Assembly (NCBI GenBank): GCA_013002295.1
Contig: JABDKI010000225.1
Span: forward strand, 1 to 50,242
DNA: 50,242 nt
Direction of reading: 5' to 3'
Source: Altererythrobacter sp.
GTDB lineage: Bacteria; Pseudomonadota; Alphaproteobacteria; Sphingomonadales; Sphingomonadaceae
Below are positions 1-10,238 of this stretch, piece by piece. Made by a program: the position numbers and the translations under genes. Position 1 is the first letter of the stretch, and the number at the start of each line of letters is the position of its first letter. The notes under the pieces are model-generated. The model made no database searches, was not told the DNA's origin, and saw only the letters and a program-made list of their open reading frames with translations.

Positions 1-140
1 ATCTTCAATGAGCTGCCGCAGGTTGATGATCGCGCCTCGCCTTGCACCTGCCATTCCCCCGAAATCGGATAGGCAGCCAATTCCGTCGCCAGCGAAAGAA
101 GATTGGGAGTGTAAAGTTTCGCCGCAGCGCTGGCGTGCAT
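1..140 (-). CDS. Iron-sulfur cluster assembly scaffold-like protein (NifU/IscU N-terminal-like), 5' part; runs off the window
   Basis: Not in the ORF track. Manual translation from ATG 140 gives MHASAAAKLYTPNLLSLATELAAYPISGEWQVQGEARSSTCGSSLK..., with an LYT..L.LA...RS..CGS pattern. The start overlaps the cvpA stop (TAATG). Confidence 0.7.
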   Translation of the reverse strand, partial: MHASAAAKLYTPNLLSLATELAAYPISGEWQVQGEARSSTCGSSLK

Positions 141-658
141 TACTCGCCTTCCGCATCGACACGCAGGCGTTCCCTGCGTTCGGCAATAACGTTCACCAGA
201 TCACTCGAGGCAGAATCGATGACTGGGTAAGTGCGTGCCGTAGTGATCCAGACAGGACGCCCCTTGTAACCCCACATACTGTCAAACCCGAGCGCGATGA
301 GCGAGAATGCAAACACCATGATCAGGGCGCCTTTGACCACGCCAAATCCAAATCCCAACACACGATCAATGGGCCCCATAATGGAACCGCGTGACGCTTC
401 ACCTGCGTTGTTCGCGATCACTTTCATCGCCGCATACGGGATCAGCAGCAAAAGCGCGAATGCGAGGATAGAAGTTGTTGGTTCTACGTCGAGATACTCG
501 AGCAGGATTTCGGTAAAAGGTTCGTGCAAATAGTAGATTGCAGCAGCGGCCAATGCCCATGCTGCGAGCGAAAGCACCTCTTGCACTAAACCGCGAAGAA
601 AACCGCCGACCGCCGCCACCCCGACAATGATCATTACAATAATATCGAACCCGTTCAT
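140..658 (-). CDS. cvpA: CvpA family (colicin V production) membrane protein
   Basis: N-terminal D-I-I...GFLRGLVQEVLSL and DRVLGFGFG motifs; hydrophobic segments; lies directly downstream of radA. Confidence 0.85.
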   Translation of the reverse strand: MNGFDIIVMIIVGVAAVGGFLRGLVQEVLSLAAWALAAAAIYYLHEPFTEILLEYLDVEPTTSILAFALLLLIPYAAMKVIANNAGEASRGSIMGPIDRVLGFGFGVVKGALIMVFAFSLIALGFDSMWGYKGRPVWITTARTYPVIDSASSDLVNVIAERRERLRVDAEGE

Positions 659-667
659 GGAGGCGGA

Positions 668-2035
668 TTATGACTTTGCCATCACGCGGTCAACGAGGTT
701 TGCAACTTGTCCCAAGCCATTGAACGCGATTTTGGACGAACCGGTCTTGCTGTTCGCTGGGCCGAATGCAGTGGCAAATCCAAGTTTGGCCGCTTCTTTC
801 ACGCGCAAATTAGCATGGGCAACGGGGCGCACTTCGCCGGAGAGTGACACCTCACCGAACCAGACCGATTTGTCAGGGAGCGGCCGATCGGCCAACGCGC
901 TGACCAGAGCAGCCGCCACTGCCATATCGGCAGCGGGGTCTGACAAACGATACCCGCCGGCAATATTCAAATACACTTCGGCTGAACTGAAATTGAGGCC
1001 GCAACGCGATTCCAGCACAGCCAGCAACATCGCCAATCTACTGTTGTCCCAACCGACCACCGATCGCCGGGGCGTAGCTCCCGATTGTAGTCGGACAATC
1101 AAGGCTTGAATTTCGACCAGGACGGGTCGCGTTCCTTCGAGCGCAGGAAATACTGCGCTTCCGGCAAGTGGTTGATCCCGCCCTGATAGAAACAACATGG
1201 ATGGATTGCTGACTTCTTCCAGCCCTTCCTGCTCCATCGAGAATACGCCAATCTCATCGACTGCACCAAAGCGGTTCTTCAGTGCGCGCAGGATGCGGTA
1301 TTGATGGCTCCGTTCACCTTCGAAACTCATCACGACATCGACCATATGCTCCAGCACGCGCGGACCAGCGATGCTGCCGTCTTTGGTCACATGCCCGACA
1401 AGCACGAGCGCGACGCCGTTCTCTTTGGCGTACCGGATCAATTCGAACGCACATCCGCGAACTTGGCTAACAGTACCCGGAGCCCCTTCGATTGTGTCGG
1501 AATACATGGTTTGGATCGAATCGATCACCACCAAAGCTGGCGCCTCCATCTGACCCAAGGAGGTCAGGATGTTGCGAACCGATGTTTCTGACGCAAGCTG
1601 AAGCGGTGCATCGGACAAGCCGAGCCGTGCCGCGCGCATACGCACCTGGCCTGCGGCCTCTTCTCCGCTGACATAAACCACACTTTCGCCATTCTTCGCG
1701 ATGGTCGCGGAAGTCTGTAGCAATAGAGTGGATTTCCCGATCCCGGGATCGCCGCCCATCAGCACCGCCGAGCCGGGCACCAGGCCGCCTCCGAGTGCGC
1801 GATCAAATTCCGCCAAACCGGTCGTGCAGCGTTTCGGCAATTCAGTAGGCGCGTTCAGTTCCTCAAAGGCAACGGCACGTCCGCCCGTCGACAGGTCATG
1901 TTTCTGGGAGAACACAGTCGCAGGGGCATCCTCGACCATGGTGTTCCATTCGGCACAGTCGGGACATTGCCCCTGCCACCGATGTGTCACGCTTCCGCAA
2001 GCCTGACAGACATATCGCTTCTTTGCTTTCGCCAT
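668..2035 (-). CDS. radA: DNA repair protein RadA/Sms
   Basis: Zn finger CQACG...GQCPDC, Walker A GGDPGIGKST, KNRFG motif, Lon-like C-terminus; start moved to MAKAKK (ATG 2035). Confidence 0.97.
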   Translation of the reverse strand: MAKAKKRYVCQACGSVTHRWQGQCPDCAEWNTMVEDAPATVFSQKHDLSTGGRAVAFEELNAPTELPKRCTTGLAEFDRALGGGLVPGSAVLMGGDPGIGKSTLLLQTSATIAKNGESVVYVSGEEAAGQVRMRAARLGLSDAPLQLASETSVRNILTSLGQMEAPALVVIDSIQTMYSDTIEGAPGTVSQVRGCAFELIRYAKENGVALVLVGHVTKDGSIAGPRVLEHMVDVVMSFEGERSHQYRILRALKNRFGAVDEIGVFSMEQEGLEEVSNPSMLFLSGRDQPLAGSAVFPALEGTRPVLVEIQALIVRLQSGATPRRSVVGWDNSRLAMLLAVLESRCGLNFSSAEVYLNIAGGYRLSDPAADMAVAAALVSALADRPLPDKSVWFGEVSLSGEVRPVAHANLRVKEAAKLGFATAFGPANSKTGSSKIAFNGLGQVANLVDRVMAKS

Positions 2036-2106
2036 CCGGAAATCGATAAACAGAACATACGCAGAACGCAATTGCCTTCTGTCGCCAATCCCCTAAGGAA
2101 ATCAAT

Positions 2107-4428
2107 ATGCACCAGAAGGAACTTCGCATCGCATTGGTTTGCTACGGCGGCGTCAGCCTCGCTGTATACATGCACGGCGTTACGAAAGAACTTTGGCACC
2201 TGGCGCGCGCGAGCAGAGCCTACCACACAGATGAATTACCGGAAGGACCGGTAGCGAAGGTTTATCACGACCTGCTGGCAGAGATAGAGGCAAAGCAAAG
2301 CCTTAGATTGCGTGTTCTGCCCGACATTTTAACCGGTGCGAGTGCGGGCGGGATAAACGCGGTTTTCCTGTCACAAGCTGTCTACGCCGGGCATTCACTT
2401 GAGCCGCTTACCGACCTTTGGCTTGAAAATGCCGATGTAGATAGGCTGCTGGACCCTGATGCGCGACCGATGTGGAAGTTCGCCAAATTCTGGGCGCAAC
2501 CGATTGCCTGGTGGCTGTTCAAGCGGCCCGGCAATGTGGTGACGGAGAGCGTCGCCCCCGAAACACGTAGCGAAGTGCGCCGCAAAGTTTCGCGGTTTGT
2601 ACGCGGGCGCTGGTTCCAGCCCCCGTTCTCCGGCGACAATTTTTCACAGCTGCTGTTCGATGCGATTGAGGCGATGAATTCCGAGAAATCTGGTCCGCCG
2701 CTCTTGCCACCCGGCCATCCCTTGGATTTGCTGGTGACAGCGACAGATTTTCGCGGGCACGTAGAGATGCTGCGCCTTCACAGCCCGCCGGTTGTCGAAG
2801 AAAGCGAACACCGTTTGCCTATCGGATTTCGCGGCGTGACCCCGGCTCAATCAGGCGAAGGACTGGCTGATCCGCTTGAGCTGACGATCGCGGCGCGCGC
2901 TACGGCTAGTTTTCCGGGCGCATTCCCACCGCTTGAATTGGCAGAGATTGATCGTCTGGCGCGACGAAGCAATCACGACTGGCAGACCCGCGGCGCGTTT
3001 TTGAAGCGCATCATGCCTACTCATCTGCGGCAGGGTACAACCGAGCAAGTCGCGCTGATCGACGGCTCTGTGTTGGTCAATGCACCGTTTGAGGGCGCAA
3101 TCGATGCCTTGCACGGGCGCCCCGCGCATCGCGAAGTCGACCGGCGCTTTGTCTATATCGATCCGAGACCTGACCGGATTGCGTCGCTGAAGGATGAAGA
3201 GCAAAAGCCCGTCGGATTCTTCGCAGCGATCTTTGGTTCAATTTCCAGCCTTCCTCGCGAGCAACCAATCCGCGATAATCTGGAGGAATTGGAGCAGCAA
3301 TCCCGCGATGCTGAGCGGCTACAACAGATCCTCGCCGGGCTACGCCCTGATGTTGATCGTGCGGTCGAGAAACTGTTTGGGCTGACCTTTTTCCTTGATC
3401 GCCCTACCCTCAAACGCCTTCACGCTTGGCGTGCGAAGGCCCAGCAGTCAGCGGCAGAGGATGCCGGTTATACCTTCCAATCCTATGCCCAGGTGAAACT
3501 GGCAGGGATTGTCGAGCGATTGGCAAGATTGGTTCATCAGGCGGCGCCGCAACTGGACCTGCCCGATAGCGATCCAATTGTCTCAACCTTGCGCGGCGAA
3601 TTGATGCGGCGTGGGCTGGATCAATTGTCCGAGGAAAAGGGCGGTGCGAGCGAGGCTGCAATTGCGTTTTTCCGGACACATGATCTGGGTTTCCGTATCC
3701 GCCGCTTACGCTTGCTGGCGCGGCGATTGGCGCGCGATTGGGAGCGTGATCCCGAGATACCGGACGATGCGCTGGACCTCGCGAGGGGTGAAATCTACGC
3801 CATTATGCGGCTTTACCTTGACCGGGATGAGCTTGCGGTTCGGCACCCTGACTTCGGTGATCTGGCGGCCAATGTGTTTGTCGATCCCGGCGCGGTACTA
3901 GACCACTTGGGCAAGCATCGCTTGCTTCCGAAAATCGATGAGGAAGCAGAGGCCCGCCTTTGTGCTGCGCTGGCGCAAATGCCCAAACAACTTCGTCGGC
4001 GGATGCTGTTCGCTTACCTTGGTTTTCCGTTTTATGATGTCGCGACATTGCCTCTGCTGCGGCACGAGGGGTTTACCGAATACGACCCGATCAAGGTGGA
4101 TCGCATCTCTCCCGACGACGCCCCGTCGATCCGCGATGGCGGCGCGCGCGCAACATTGCGAGGCATAGAGTTTTATAACTTCGGCGCATTCTTTAGCCGT
4201 GCATACCGCGAAAACGATTATCTATGGGGCCGCTTGCATGGCGCAGAGCGGATGATCGACCTCGTTTGCTCTACAGTTGACGGCGGTGTTGATAGCCGCG
4301 TCTGCCACGGGTTCAAACGTCGCGCATTCGAAGCAATTCTACAGGAAGAGACCGAAGCCGGGCGTTGCCGCACCGGCCTGATCGAAAAACTGAAAAGCGA
4401 AATCGCAGCGAAGTTCGATACCGCTTAA
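2107..4428 (+). CDS. Patatin-like phospholipase with DUF3376-type C-terminal domain
   Basis: ELRIALVCYGGVSLAVYMHG Gly-rich loop, GASAG nucleophile, DGSVL catalytic Asp variant, C-terminal FGAFFSRAYRENDYLWGRL. Confidence 0.88.
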   Translation: MHQKELRIALVCYGGVSLAVYMHGVTKELWHLARASRAYHTDELPEGPVAKVYHDLLAEIEAKQSLRLRVLPDILTGASAGGINAVFLSQAVYAGHSLEPLTDLWLENADVDRLLDPDARPMWKFAKFWAQPIAWWLFKRPGNVVTESVAPETRSEVRRKVSRFVRGRWFQPPFSGDNFSQLLFDAIEAMNSEKSGPPLLPPGHPLDLLVTATDFRGHVEMLRLHSPPVVEESEHRLPIGFRGVTPAQSGEGLADPLELTIAARATASFPGAFPPLELAEIDRLARRSNHDWQTRGAFLKRIMPTHLRQGTTEQVALIDGSVLVNAPFEGAIDALHGRPAHREVDRRFVYIDPRPDRIASLKDEEQKPVGFFAAIFGSISSLPREQPIRDNLEELEQQSRDAERLQQILAGLRPDVDRAVEKLFGLTFFLDRPTLKRLHAWRAKAQQSAAEDAGYTFQSYAQVKLAGIVERLARLVHQAAPQLDLPDSDPIVSTLRGELMRRGLDQLSEEKGGASEAAIAFFRTHDLGFRIRRLRLLARRLARDWERDPEIPDDALDLARGEIYAIMRLYLDRDELAVRHPDFGDLAANVFVDPGAVLDHLGKHRLLPKIDEEAEARLCAALAQMPKQLRRRMLFAYLGFPFYDVATLPLLRHEGFTEYDPIKVDRISPDDAPSIRDGGARATLRGIEFYNFGAFFSRAYRENDYLWGRLHGAERMIDLVCSTVDGGVDSRVCHGFKRRAFEAILQEETEAGRCRTGLIEKLKSEIAAKFDTA

Positions 4429-4437
4429 GCTCCGGGT

Positions 4438-5328
4438 TTAGCTGAGGCTTTTCCACACAGCTTCGATAAATTGATCTTCATTTATGAAGCCTTCGCCTCG
4501 ATCAAAGCTGTCGAGCGGGCGCAGGGCCTGAACTTCCTCCAGCGACGATCCGGAATCACGTAGTGCGCGAATTCGGGTTACTGCCTCACCAACTGTATTG
4601 CGATAGGCGATCAACTCGCGGCGATCCGACATCGGGCCGTGGCCCGGAATCACCTTTGTGTCCTCATCCATCAGGTTGATCGCGTTATCGAGCGAATACA
4701 GCAGGTCTTCGATATCGCCGCCGGACGCCACATCGACAAAGGGCCAGCCCGGGATCTTGAAATAAAGATCGCCCATATGGACGATGTTCTTCTCACGCCA
4801 GCGAACGATGCTGTCGCCATCGGTGTGGCCACCACCGACAAACATTACGTCTATCGTGTCACCATTGAGATGCAGTGTGATGCCGCGATCATAGGTTACC
4901 ACCGGCAGCGCTTCATCGGGTGCCGGCGGGACAGGGAAGCGTGAACCTTCGGGGCTTCCCTTAACTAGCCGCACGCGAACATTTTCATGCGCGATGATAT
5001 GCGCGCCCTTCTTGCCCAGGTTCTCATTGCCGCCAGTGTGGTCGAAATGCCAATGCGTGTTCACGACGTAATGCACCGGCGTAGCACCGAGATAAGCAAC
5101 CGCAGCCTCGATCTTGTCTGTCAAAGGCGCAAACTGATCATCGACAATCAGCGTACCGTCTTCGCCATGGCTAACGCCTATATTACCCCCTGCGCCGAAC
5201 AGGACTGCCACGCCCGGGGCCAGTTGCTCGGAAGTAATCTCGACCTGACTGAAATCCCGCTGCGCCGCTAATGGCGACGCAATAACGATGGATGCGGTTG
5301 CAAGTGCGGCGGCGATGGTGCGTTTCAT
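4438..5328 (-). CDS. Secreted MBL-fold metallo-hydrolase (cyclase/glyoxalase II-like)
   Basis: Sec signal peptide; THWHFDHTGGN (HxHxDH), GHTDGD, MGD and PGHG metal-binding motifs. Confidence 0.9.
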   Translation of the reverse strand: MKRTIAAALATASIVIASPLAAQRDFSQVEITSEQLAPGVAVLFGAGGNIGVSHGEDGTLIVDDQFAPLTDKIEAAVAYLGATPVHYVVNTHWHFDHTGGNENLGKKGAHIIAHENVRVRLVKGSPEGSRFPVPPAPDEALPVVTYDRGITLHLNGDTIDVMFVGGGHTDGDSIVRWREKNIVHMGDLYFKIPGWPFVDVASGGDIEDLLYSLDNAINLMDEDTKVIPGHGPMSDRRELIAYRNTVGEAVTRIRALRDSGSSLEEVQALRPLDSFDRGEGFINEDQFIEAVWKSLS

Positions 5329-5394
5329 GGCTGTTCCCTCTGTTTGACCTAGGCTTAAGTCTTGCTGAGAGAAGAGTCGAGAATTGCCCGCAAG

Positions 5395-6531
5395 TTAACT
5401 GCCAAACGCTTCCTTCACCCGGTCGAAAAAGCCCTTGCTTTCGGGGCATTCTTCACCGGTTTCGGTTTCGCGGAACTGCTTGAGCAGTTCCTTTTGCGCC
5501 TTGGAAAGTTTGGTCGGTGTTTCCACCGCAATTTCGACGACCAGATCTCCGCGCCCACGGCCCTGCAGCACCGGCATGCCCGCTCCGCGTACGCGAAGCT
5601 GCTTGCCGGATTGGATGCCCACCGGGATCTCGACTCGGTTATCGTCCCCTCCCAGATCAGGGATATCGACCGTGCCGCCAAGCGCAGCTGTAGTGAAGCT
5701 GATAGGAACGCGTGTGAGCAGCGTGGTGCCTTCTCGCTGGAAAACAGCATGCGGCTTCACATGTACGAAAATGTAGAGATCGCCCGCAGGGGCGCCGCGC
5801 GGCCCGGCCTCGCCCTTGCCCGACAACCGGATCCGGGTGCCGGTATCGACGCCTGGCGGCACTTCAACCTCGAGTGCGCGGGCCTTATCGACCACGCCTT
5901 CCCCGCGGCAATCACCGCAAGGGTCCTCGATCACAGCGCCGCGGCCGTGGCAGGTTGGGCATGGACGCTCAACCACGAAGAAACCCTGCTTGGCGCGAAC
6001 TTTGCCGTGGCCATCGCACATCCGGCAATCGCGCTCGCTTGTACCCGGGGTGGCGCCAGAACCATCGCACGTGTCACAGCTCTGCGAGACTTCTATTTCC
6101 AGCTCGACAGTCTTTCCGTGGAAAGCATCGTCCAGGCTGACTTCCAAATCATAACGCAGATCCGCTCCGCGCCGTGGTTGCGCGCGCTGTCGCCCGCCAC
6201 CACCAAAAGCGCTTCCAAAAATGGTCTCGAATATGTCGCCGATATCGCCAAAATCACCTTGCGGACCACGGCCGCCGCCTCCACCGCCGGACATTCCCTG
6301 CGTGTATGCTGAATGGCCATAGCGATCGTAGGCCGCGCGCTTCTGCGGGTCCTTCAGGCAATCATAGGCTTCGCTGATAGCTTTGAATTTTGCTTCGCTT
6401 TCGGCATCGCCCGGATTGCGGTCCGGGTGATACTTCATCGCAAGCTTGCGATAAGAGCTCTTCAGCGCACCACCGTCGGCGTCGCGAGAGACTTGAAGCA
6501 ATTCGTAATAGTCGATGTCGGTAGATGCCAT
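5395..6531 (-). CDS. dnaJ: Chaperone DnaJ
   Basis: J domain with HPD, G/F-rich region, four CxxCxGxG repeats. Confidence 0.98.
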   Translation of the reverse strand: MASTDIDYYELLQVSRDADGGALKSSYRKLAMKYHPDRNPGDAESEAKFKAISEAYDCLKDPQKRAAYDRYGHSAYTQGMSGGGGGGRGPQGDFGDIGDIFETIFGSAFGGGGRQRAQPRRGADLRYDLEVSLDDAFHGKTVELEIEVSQSCDTCDGSGATPGTSERDCRMCDGHGKVRAKQGFFVVERPCPTCHGRGAVIEDPCGDCRGEGVVDKARALEVEVPPGVDTGTRIRLSGKGEAGPRGAPAGDLYIFVHVKPHAVFQREGTTLLTRVPISFTTAALGGTVDIPDLGGDDNRVEIPVGIQSGKQLRVRGAGMPVLQGRGRGDLVVEIAVETPTKLSKAQKELLKQFRETETGEECPESKGFFDRVKEAFGS

Positions 6532-6559
6532 GCTGCTGCTTCCCTGCCCTAAACGCTAA

Positions 6560-6590
6560 CCGCCACCGGCGCTGTATGCGCTGGCGGCGG
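6560..6590 (-). other. GC-rich intergenic stem-loop between dnaK and dnaJ
   Basis: Minus strand CCGCCGCCAGCGC-ATACA-GCGCCGGTGGCGG; no strong U-tract. Confidence 0.55.
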
Positions 6591-6610
6591 CAGAGTTTCC
6601 CATCAGGACA

Positions 6611-8554
6611 TCAGCCCTTGTTGTTATCGCTGTCTTCGCTCGAATTTTCATCGACTTCGGAAAACTCCGCATCGACAACTTCTTCGTCAGCCGAGCTATC
6701 CGAAGAACCTTCCGCGCTTGCGTCAGGACCGGCAGCTTGCTCTTTCTCATAGATCTGCTGACCCATCTTCATGGCCGCTTCGGTAAGCGCCTGCGCCTTT
6801 GCATTGATCGCATCGACATCATCGCTTTCGAGCGCAGCCTTGGCTTCTGCCAAAGCCGCTTCGACGGCTGACTTGGTGTCCGCGTCAACCTTGTCGCCAT
6901 GCTCTTCGAGCTGCTTCTCGGTCGCGTGGACGAGACTATCCGCCTGGTTGCGAGCTTCCGCAGATTCGCGGCGCTTCTTGTCTTCTTCTGCGAACTTCTC
7001 AGCATCCTGAACCATCTGATCGATGTCGCCATCGGAAAGACCGCCAGACGCCTGGATCTTGATCTGCTGTTCCTTGCCGGTGCCCTTGTCCTTCGCAGAG
7101 ACGTTCACGATACCGTTTGCGTCAATATCAAAGGTCACTTCGACTTGCGGAACACCGCGCGGTGCAGGCGGAATGCCGACCAGATCAAACTGACCAAGCA
7201 GCTTGTTGTCAGCGGCCATCTCGCGCTCACCCTGGAAAACCCGGATGGTCACAGCGTTCTGATTGTCTTCAGCAGTCGAATAGACCTGTGTCTTCTTCGT
7301 CGGGATCGTCGTGTTGCGATCGATCATGCGGGTGAAGACACCGCCCAGCGTTTCAATACCCAGCGACAGCGGGGTTACGTCGAGCAGCAGCACGTCTTTA
7401 ACGTCACCCTGCAAAACACCTGCCTGAATGGCCGCGCCCATGGCCACCACTTCATCAGGGTTCACGCCGGTGTGCGGCTTCTTGCCGAAGAATTCTTCCA
7501 CGACTTCGCGAACCTTTGGCATGCGGGTCATACCGCCAACCAGGATCACTTCATCGATCGCGCCTTTATCGAGGCCTGCGTCAGCGAGCGCTTTCTTGCA
7601 CGGATCGAGCGTGCGCTTGATCAAATCGCCAACCATTTTCTCCAGGCTGGAACGCGTGATCGTTTCAACCAAGTGCAGCGGCGTGGAAGAACCATCTTCC
7701 ATGCGCGCGGTGATGAACGGCAAGTTCACTTCGGTCTGTTGCGAGCTCGACAGTTCGATCTTGGCCTTTTCAGCCGCTTCTTTCAGACGCTGCAGGGCAA
7801 GCTTGTCTTTGCGCAGGTCCATGTTCTCTTTCGTTTTGAACTGGTCAGCCAGCCATTCAACGATCGCGCTGTCGAAATCTTCACCACCAAGGAAGGTATC
7901 GCCATTGGTCGATTTCACCTCGAACACGCCGTCGCCGATTTCGAGAACGGAGATATCAAAAGTACCGCCGCCAAGGTCATAGACAGCGATGGTTTTGCCG
8001 TCATCCTTGTCGAGGCCATAAGCCAGCGCTGCGGCAGTCGGCTCGTTGATGATGCGCAAAACCTCAAGGCCTGCGATCTTGCCGGCATCCTTGGTCGCCT
8101 GACGCTGGGCATCGTTAAAGTATGCCGGAACGGTGATAACCGCCTGCTCTACCTTTTCGCCAAGATATTCCTCAGCGGTCTCTCTCATCTTTTGCAGGAT
8201 GAATGCAGAGATTTGCGAAGGTGAATAGTCTTCACCGCCAGCGTTGACCCATGCATCGCCATTGGTGCCCTTGACGATATTGTAAGGGACCAGTTCCATG
8301 TCTTTCTTGGTCATCGGATCATCGAACCGTCGACCAATCAGGCGCTTCACAGCATAAACTGTATTGTCAGGGTTGGTCACAGCCTGGCGCTTTGCCGGTT
8401 GACCAATCAATCGCTCACCATCTTTGGTAAAAGCGACGATCGAAGGTGTAGTGCGTGCACCTTCAGAGTTTTCGACGACCTTGGGCTTGCCCCCGTCCAT
8501 AACAGACACGCACGAGTTGGTGGTGCCGAGGTCGATACCGATTACTTTACCCAT
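6611..8554 (-). CDS. dnaK: Chaperone DnaK (Hsp70)
   Basis: [35 protein letters not shown] motifs; 647 aa. Confidence 0.99.
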   Translation of the reverse strand: MGKVIGIDLGTTNSCVSVMDGGKPKVVENSEGARTTPSIVAFTKDGERLIGQPAKRQAVTNPDNTVYAVKRLIGRRFDDPMTKKDMELVPYNIVKGTNGDAWVNAGGEDYSPSQISAFILQKMRETAEEYLGEKVEQAVITVPAYFNDAQRQATKDAGKIAGLEVLRIINEPTAAALAYGLDKDDGKTIAVYDLGGGTFDISVLEIGDGVFEVKSTNGDTFLGGEDFDSAIVEWLADQFKTKENMDLRKDKLALQRLKEAAEKAKIELSSSQQTEVNLPFITARMEDGSSTPLHLVETITRSSLEKMVGDLIKRTLDPCKKALADAGLDKGAIDEVILVGGMTRMPKVREVVEEFFGKKPHTGVNPDEVVAMGAAIQAGVLQGDVKDVLLLDVTPLSLGIETLGGVFTRMIDRNTTIPTKKTQVYSTAEDNQNAVTIRVFQGEREMAADNKLLGQFDLVGIPPAPRGVPQVEVTFDIDANGIVNVSAKDKGTGKEQQIKIQASGGLSDGDIDQMVQDAEKFAEEDKKRRESAEARNQADSLVHATEKQLEEHGDKVDADTKSAVEAALAEAKAALESDDVDAINAKAQALTEAAMKMGQQIYEKEQAAGPDASAEGSSDSSADEEVVDAEFSEVDENSSEDSDNNKG

Positions 8555-8660
8555 GTTTCTTCGTTTCCCATCAGTTCAATTATTGGACACCGCGCATTGT
8601 GCTTTCCAAAGTTGGCAAAACAGCTCGGCGGCTCAGTCCGTCAGGTGTGTTACTCGGGTG

Positions 8661-8688
8661 ATATAGGTGCGGTTTTGCTTGGCACAAG
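8661..8688 (-). promoter_or_regulatory. RpoH (sigma32) heat-shock promoter of dnaK
   Basis: Minus strand CTTG-N17-CCTATAT matches the alphaproteobacterial RpoH consensus. Confidence 0.8.
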
Positions 8689-8737
8689 GGAACAGGCGCA
8701 CTAGTTTTTACATGTTTTCAGACCGGAGAAACCTGAC

Positions 8738-9220
8738 ATGAAGTTCAAGCAATTGGCCGCCGCGAGCATGCTCGTCTCTACATTCGCCTTGGCAGCGTGT
8801 GGCGCAGAGCCGGAGACTGTTGTCGAATCCGAACCCGAAGGTGTGCCTGGCTTGAGTGTCGAGAACGCTCGCCTTGTTCTGGCACCGGTATCGGGTAATC
8901 CGGCCGCAGGCTATTTCGATCTAAAGTATGAAAATGACCGCGGGCTCGCGATCCGCCGGGCCGATGTGGGCGGCTCGGAGAAGACTGAAATTCACGCCTA
9001 TGGCGAGTGGAACGGTCAGGTTACCATGGCCGAAGCGATGGAAATTGCCATAAAGAACGGCACGGAAATCGCGTTCGAGCCGGGCGGTTATCACTTGATG
9101 GTGTTCGATTTGGATGAAAGTGTCGCGCCCGGCGATACGGTCGAATTCACGTTGACAGTGTCGGGCGGGGACAAACACAGCTTTGAAGCCGAAGTTCGCG
9201 CCGCAGGGGACGAGCGCTGA
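8738..9220 (+). CDS. Copper chaperone PCu(A)C family lipoprotein
   Basis: Lipobox LAAC; intact H-X10-M-X21-H-X-M motif (HAYGEWNGQVTM...PGGYHLM). Confidence 0.88.
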   Translation: MKFKQLAAASMLVSTFALAACGAEPETVVESEPEGVPGLSVENARLVLAPVSGNPAAGYFDLKYENDRGLAIRRADVGGSEKTEIHAYGEWNGQVTMAEAMEIAIKNGTEIAFEPGGYHLMVFDLDESVAPGDTVEFTLTVSGGDKHSFEAEVRAAGDER

Positions 9221-9270
9221 ACCACGTTTCGACTGGAGACGATTTAGGCGTTACTCCGCTCACCTGTCCG

Positions 9271-9747
9271 GTGGGCGGTGAGCGCGCACTAACTCCGGGC
9301 GAAGTCGAATTGGCTCGTTCTGTTTTCGGGTCGGCTGTCGACTACGCTGCGGTCAAGATCCGGCGCAGAAAGTGGTTTCCGTTTCAACCCCGCAAGGTCA
9401 CGATGGCCCCCCGCGGCCATTTGCATTTCCATCCAAAGGGCAGCGCCTATTGCGATGATTTCTCACGAGAGGAGTTACGCCGGCAAGGCTTCTTTATTCA
9501 CGAGATGACGCATGTTTGGCAGGCGCAGGTGCGCGGAAAGTGGCACTTGATCTTTAATCGCATGCCGTGGGCGCGCTATCATTACAGTTTGAAGCCTGGC
9601 TGGCCACTGACGCGCTATGGTATCGAGCAGCAAGCAGAGATCGTAAAACATGCCTTCTGGCTTAGGAACGGGGCAAAGGTGGCTGGCATCAGCGATGTAT
9701 CTGCGTATGATCTGCTGGTGAATTTTCCGGGAGCAGCCACATCATGA
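9271..9747 (+). CDS. Small HExxH zinc-metallopeptidase-like protein ('Vgr-related' type); true start may be CTG at 9217
   Basis: R.LT.GE..LA..VFG, FIHEMTHVWQ and IEQQAEI motifs. Confidence 0.75.
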   Translation: MGGERALTPGEVELARSVFGSAVDYAAVKIRRRKWFPFQPRKVTMAPRGHLHFHPKGSAYCDDFSREELRRQGFFIHEMTHVWQAQVRGKWHLIFNRMPWARYHYSLKPGWPLTRYGIEQQAEIVKHAFWLRNGAKVAGISDVSAYDLLVNFPGAATS

Positions 9748-10238
9748 CTTCTGACAGTTGGACAATCAGACCGTTTGGTCCGGCAGATGCCCCCGCCTTT
9801 GCGGCGCTAAACCGTCGCTGGATCGAAGAAATGTTCGGCATGGAAGAGAAAGACCTCCGCCAATTGGAACATCCCAAGGACGCGATTCTCGATCCAGGCG
9901 GGTACATCGCAGTTGCCGACGCCAATGGTTGGATAATGGGTACCGGAGCCATCCTGCCGGCTGCCAATGCACCTGATGACGGCCGCAAATGGATGGAAGT
10001 CATCAAAATGGCGACTGATGTTTCGACCCAGGGACGCGGCATCGGTTCGGCTGTTTTGGAGTCTTTGTTGGACTTTGCGCGCGATCAGGGTGCCGATTCT
10101 GTTTGGCTGGAAACCAACCAAAAGCTGGAAGCTGCAACAGCGCTATATGAAAAGTTTGGCTTCAAAAAATTGGAAAATGATGAGGTTTGGCCAACACCCT
10201 ATGATCGTTGCAATTTGCAGATGATCCGCGAGCTTTAG
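9744..10238 (+). CDS. GNAT family N-acetyltransferase
   Basis: QGRGIG acetyl-CoA motif, A..LYEKFGF; ATGA overlap with the upstream gene. Confidence 0.9.
   Translation: MTSDSWTIRPFGPADAPAFAALNRRWIEEMFGMEEKDLRQLEHPKDAILDPGGYIAVADANGWIMGTGAILPAANAPDDGRKWMEVIKMATDVSTQGRGIGSAVLESLLDFARDQGADSVWLETNQKLEAATALYEKFGFKKLENDEVWPTPYDRCNLQMIREL

Noticed and set aside
140-658. cvpA as evidence of a bacteriocin system
   Set aside because: CvpA is a housekeeping membrane protein routinely found next to radA; no bacteriocin or transporter genes are present
5362-6312. 316-aa ORF antisense to dnaJ (similar shadows lie opposite glyQ, ppdK, rph, hrcA and parE)
   Set aside because: Fully overlaps a conserved gene on the other strand; expected in GC-rich DNA; no recognisable motifs
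6899-8224. 441-aa + strand ORF antisense to dnaK
   Set aside because: Well-known shadow ORF opposite hsp70 genes caused by codon bias; no independent start signals
8555-8737. CIRCE element upstream of dnaK or hrcA
   Set aside because: No TTAGCACTC-N9-GAGTGCTAA found; RpoH-type promoters are present instead
9271-9747. 'Vgr-related' gene as evidence of a type VI secretion system
   Set aside because: No vgrG, hcp, PAAR or tss genes in the window
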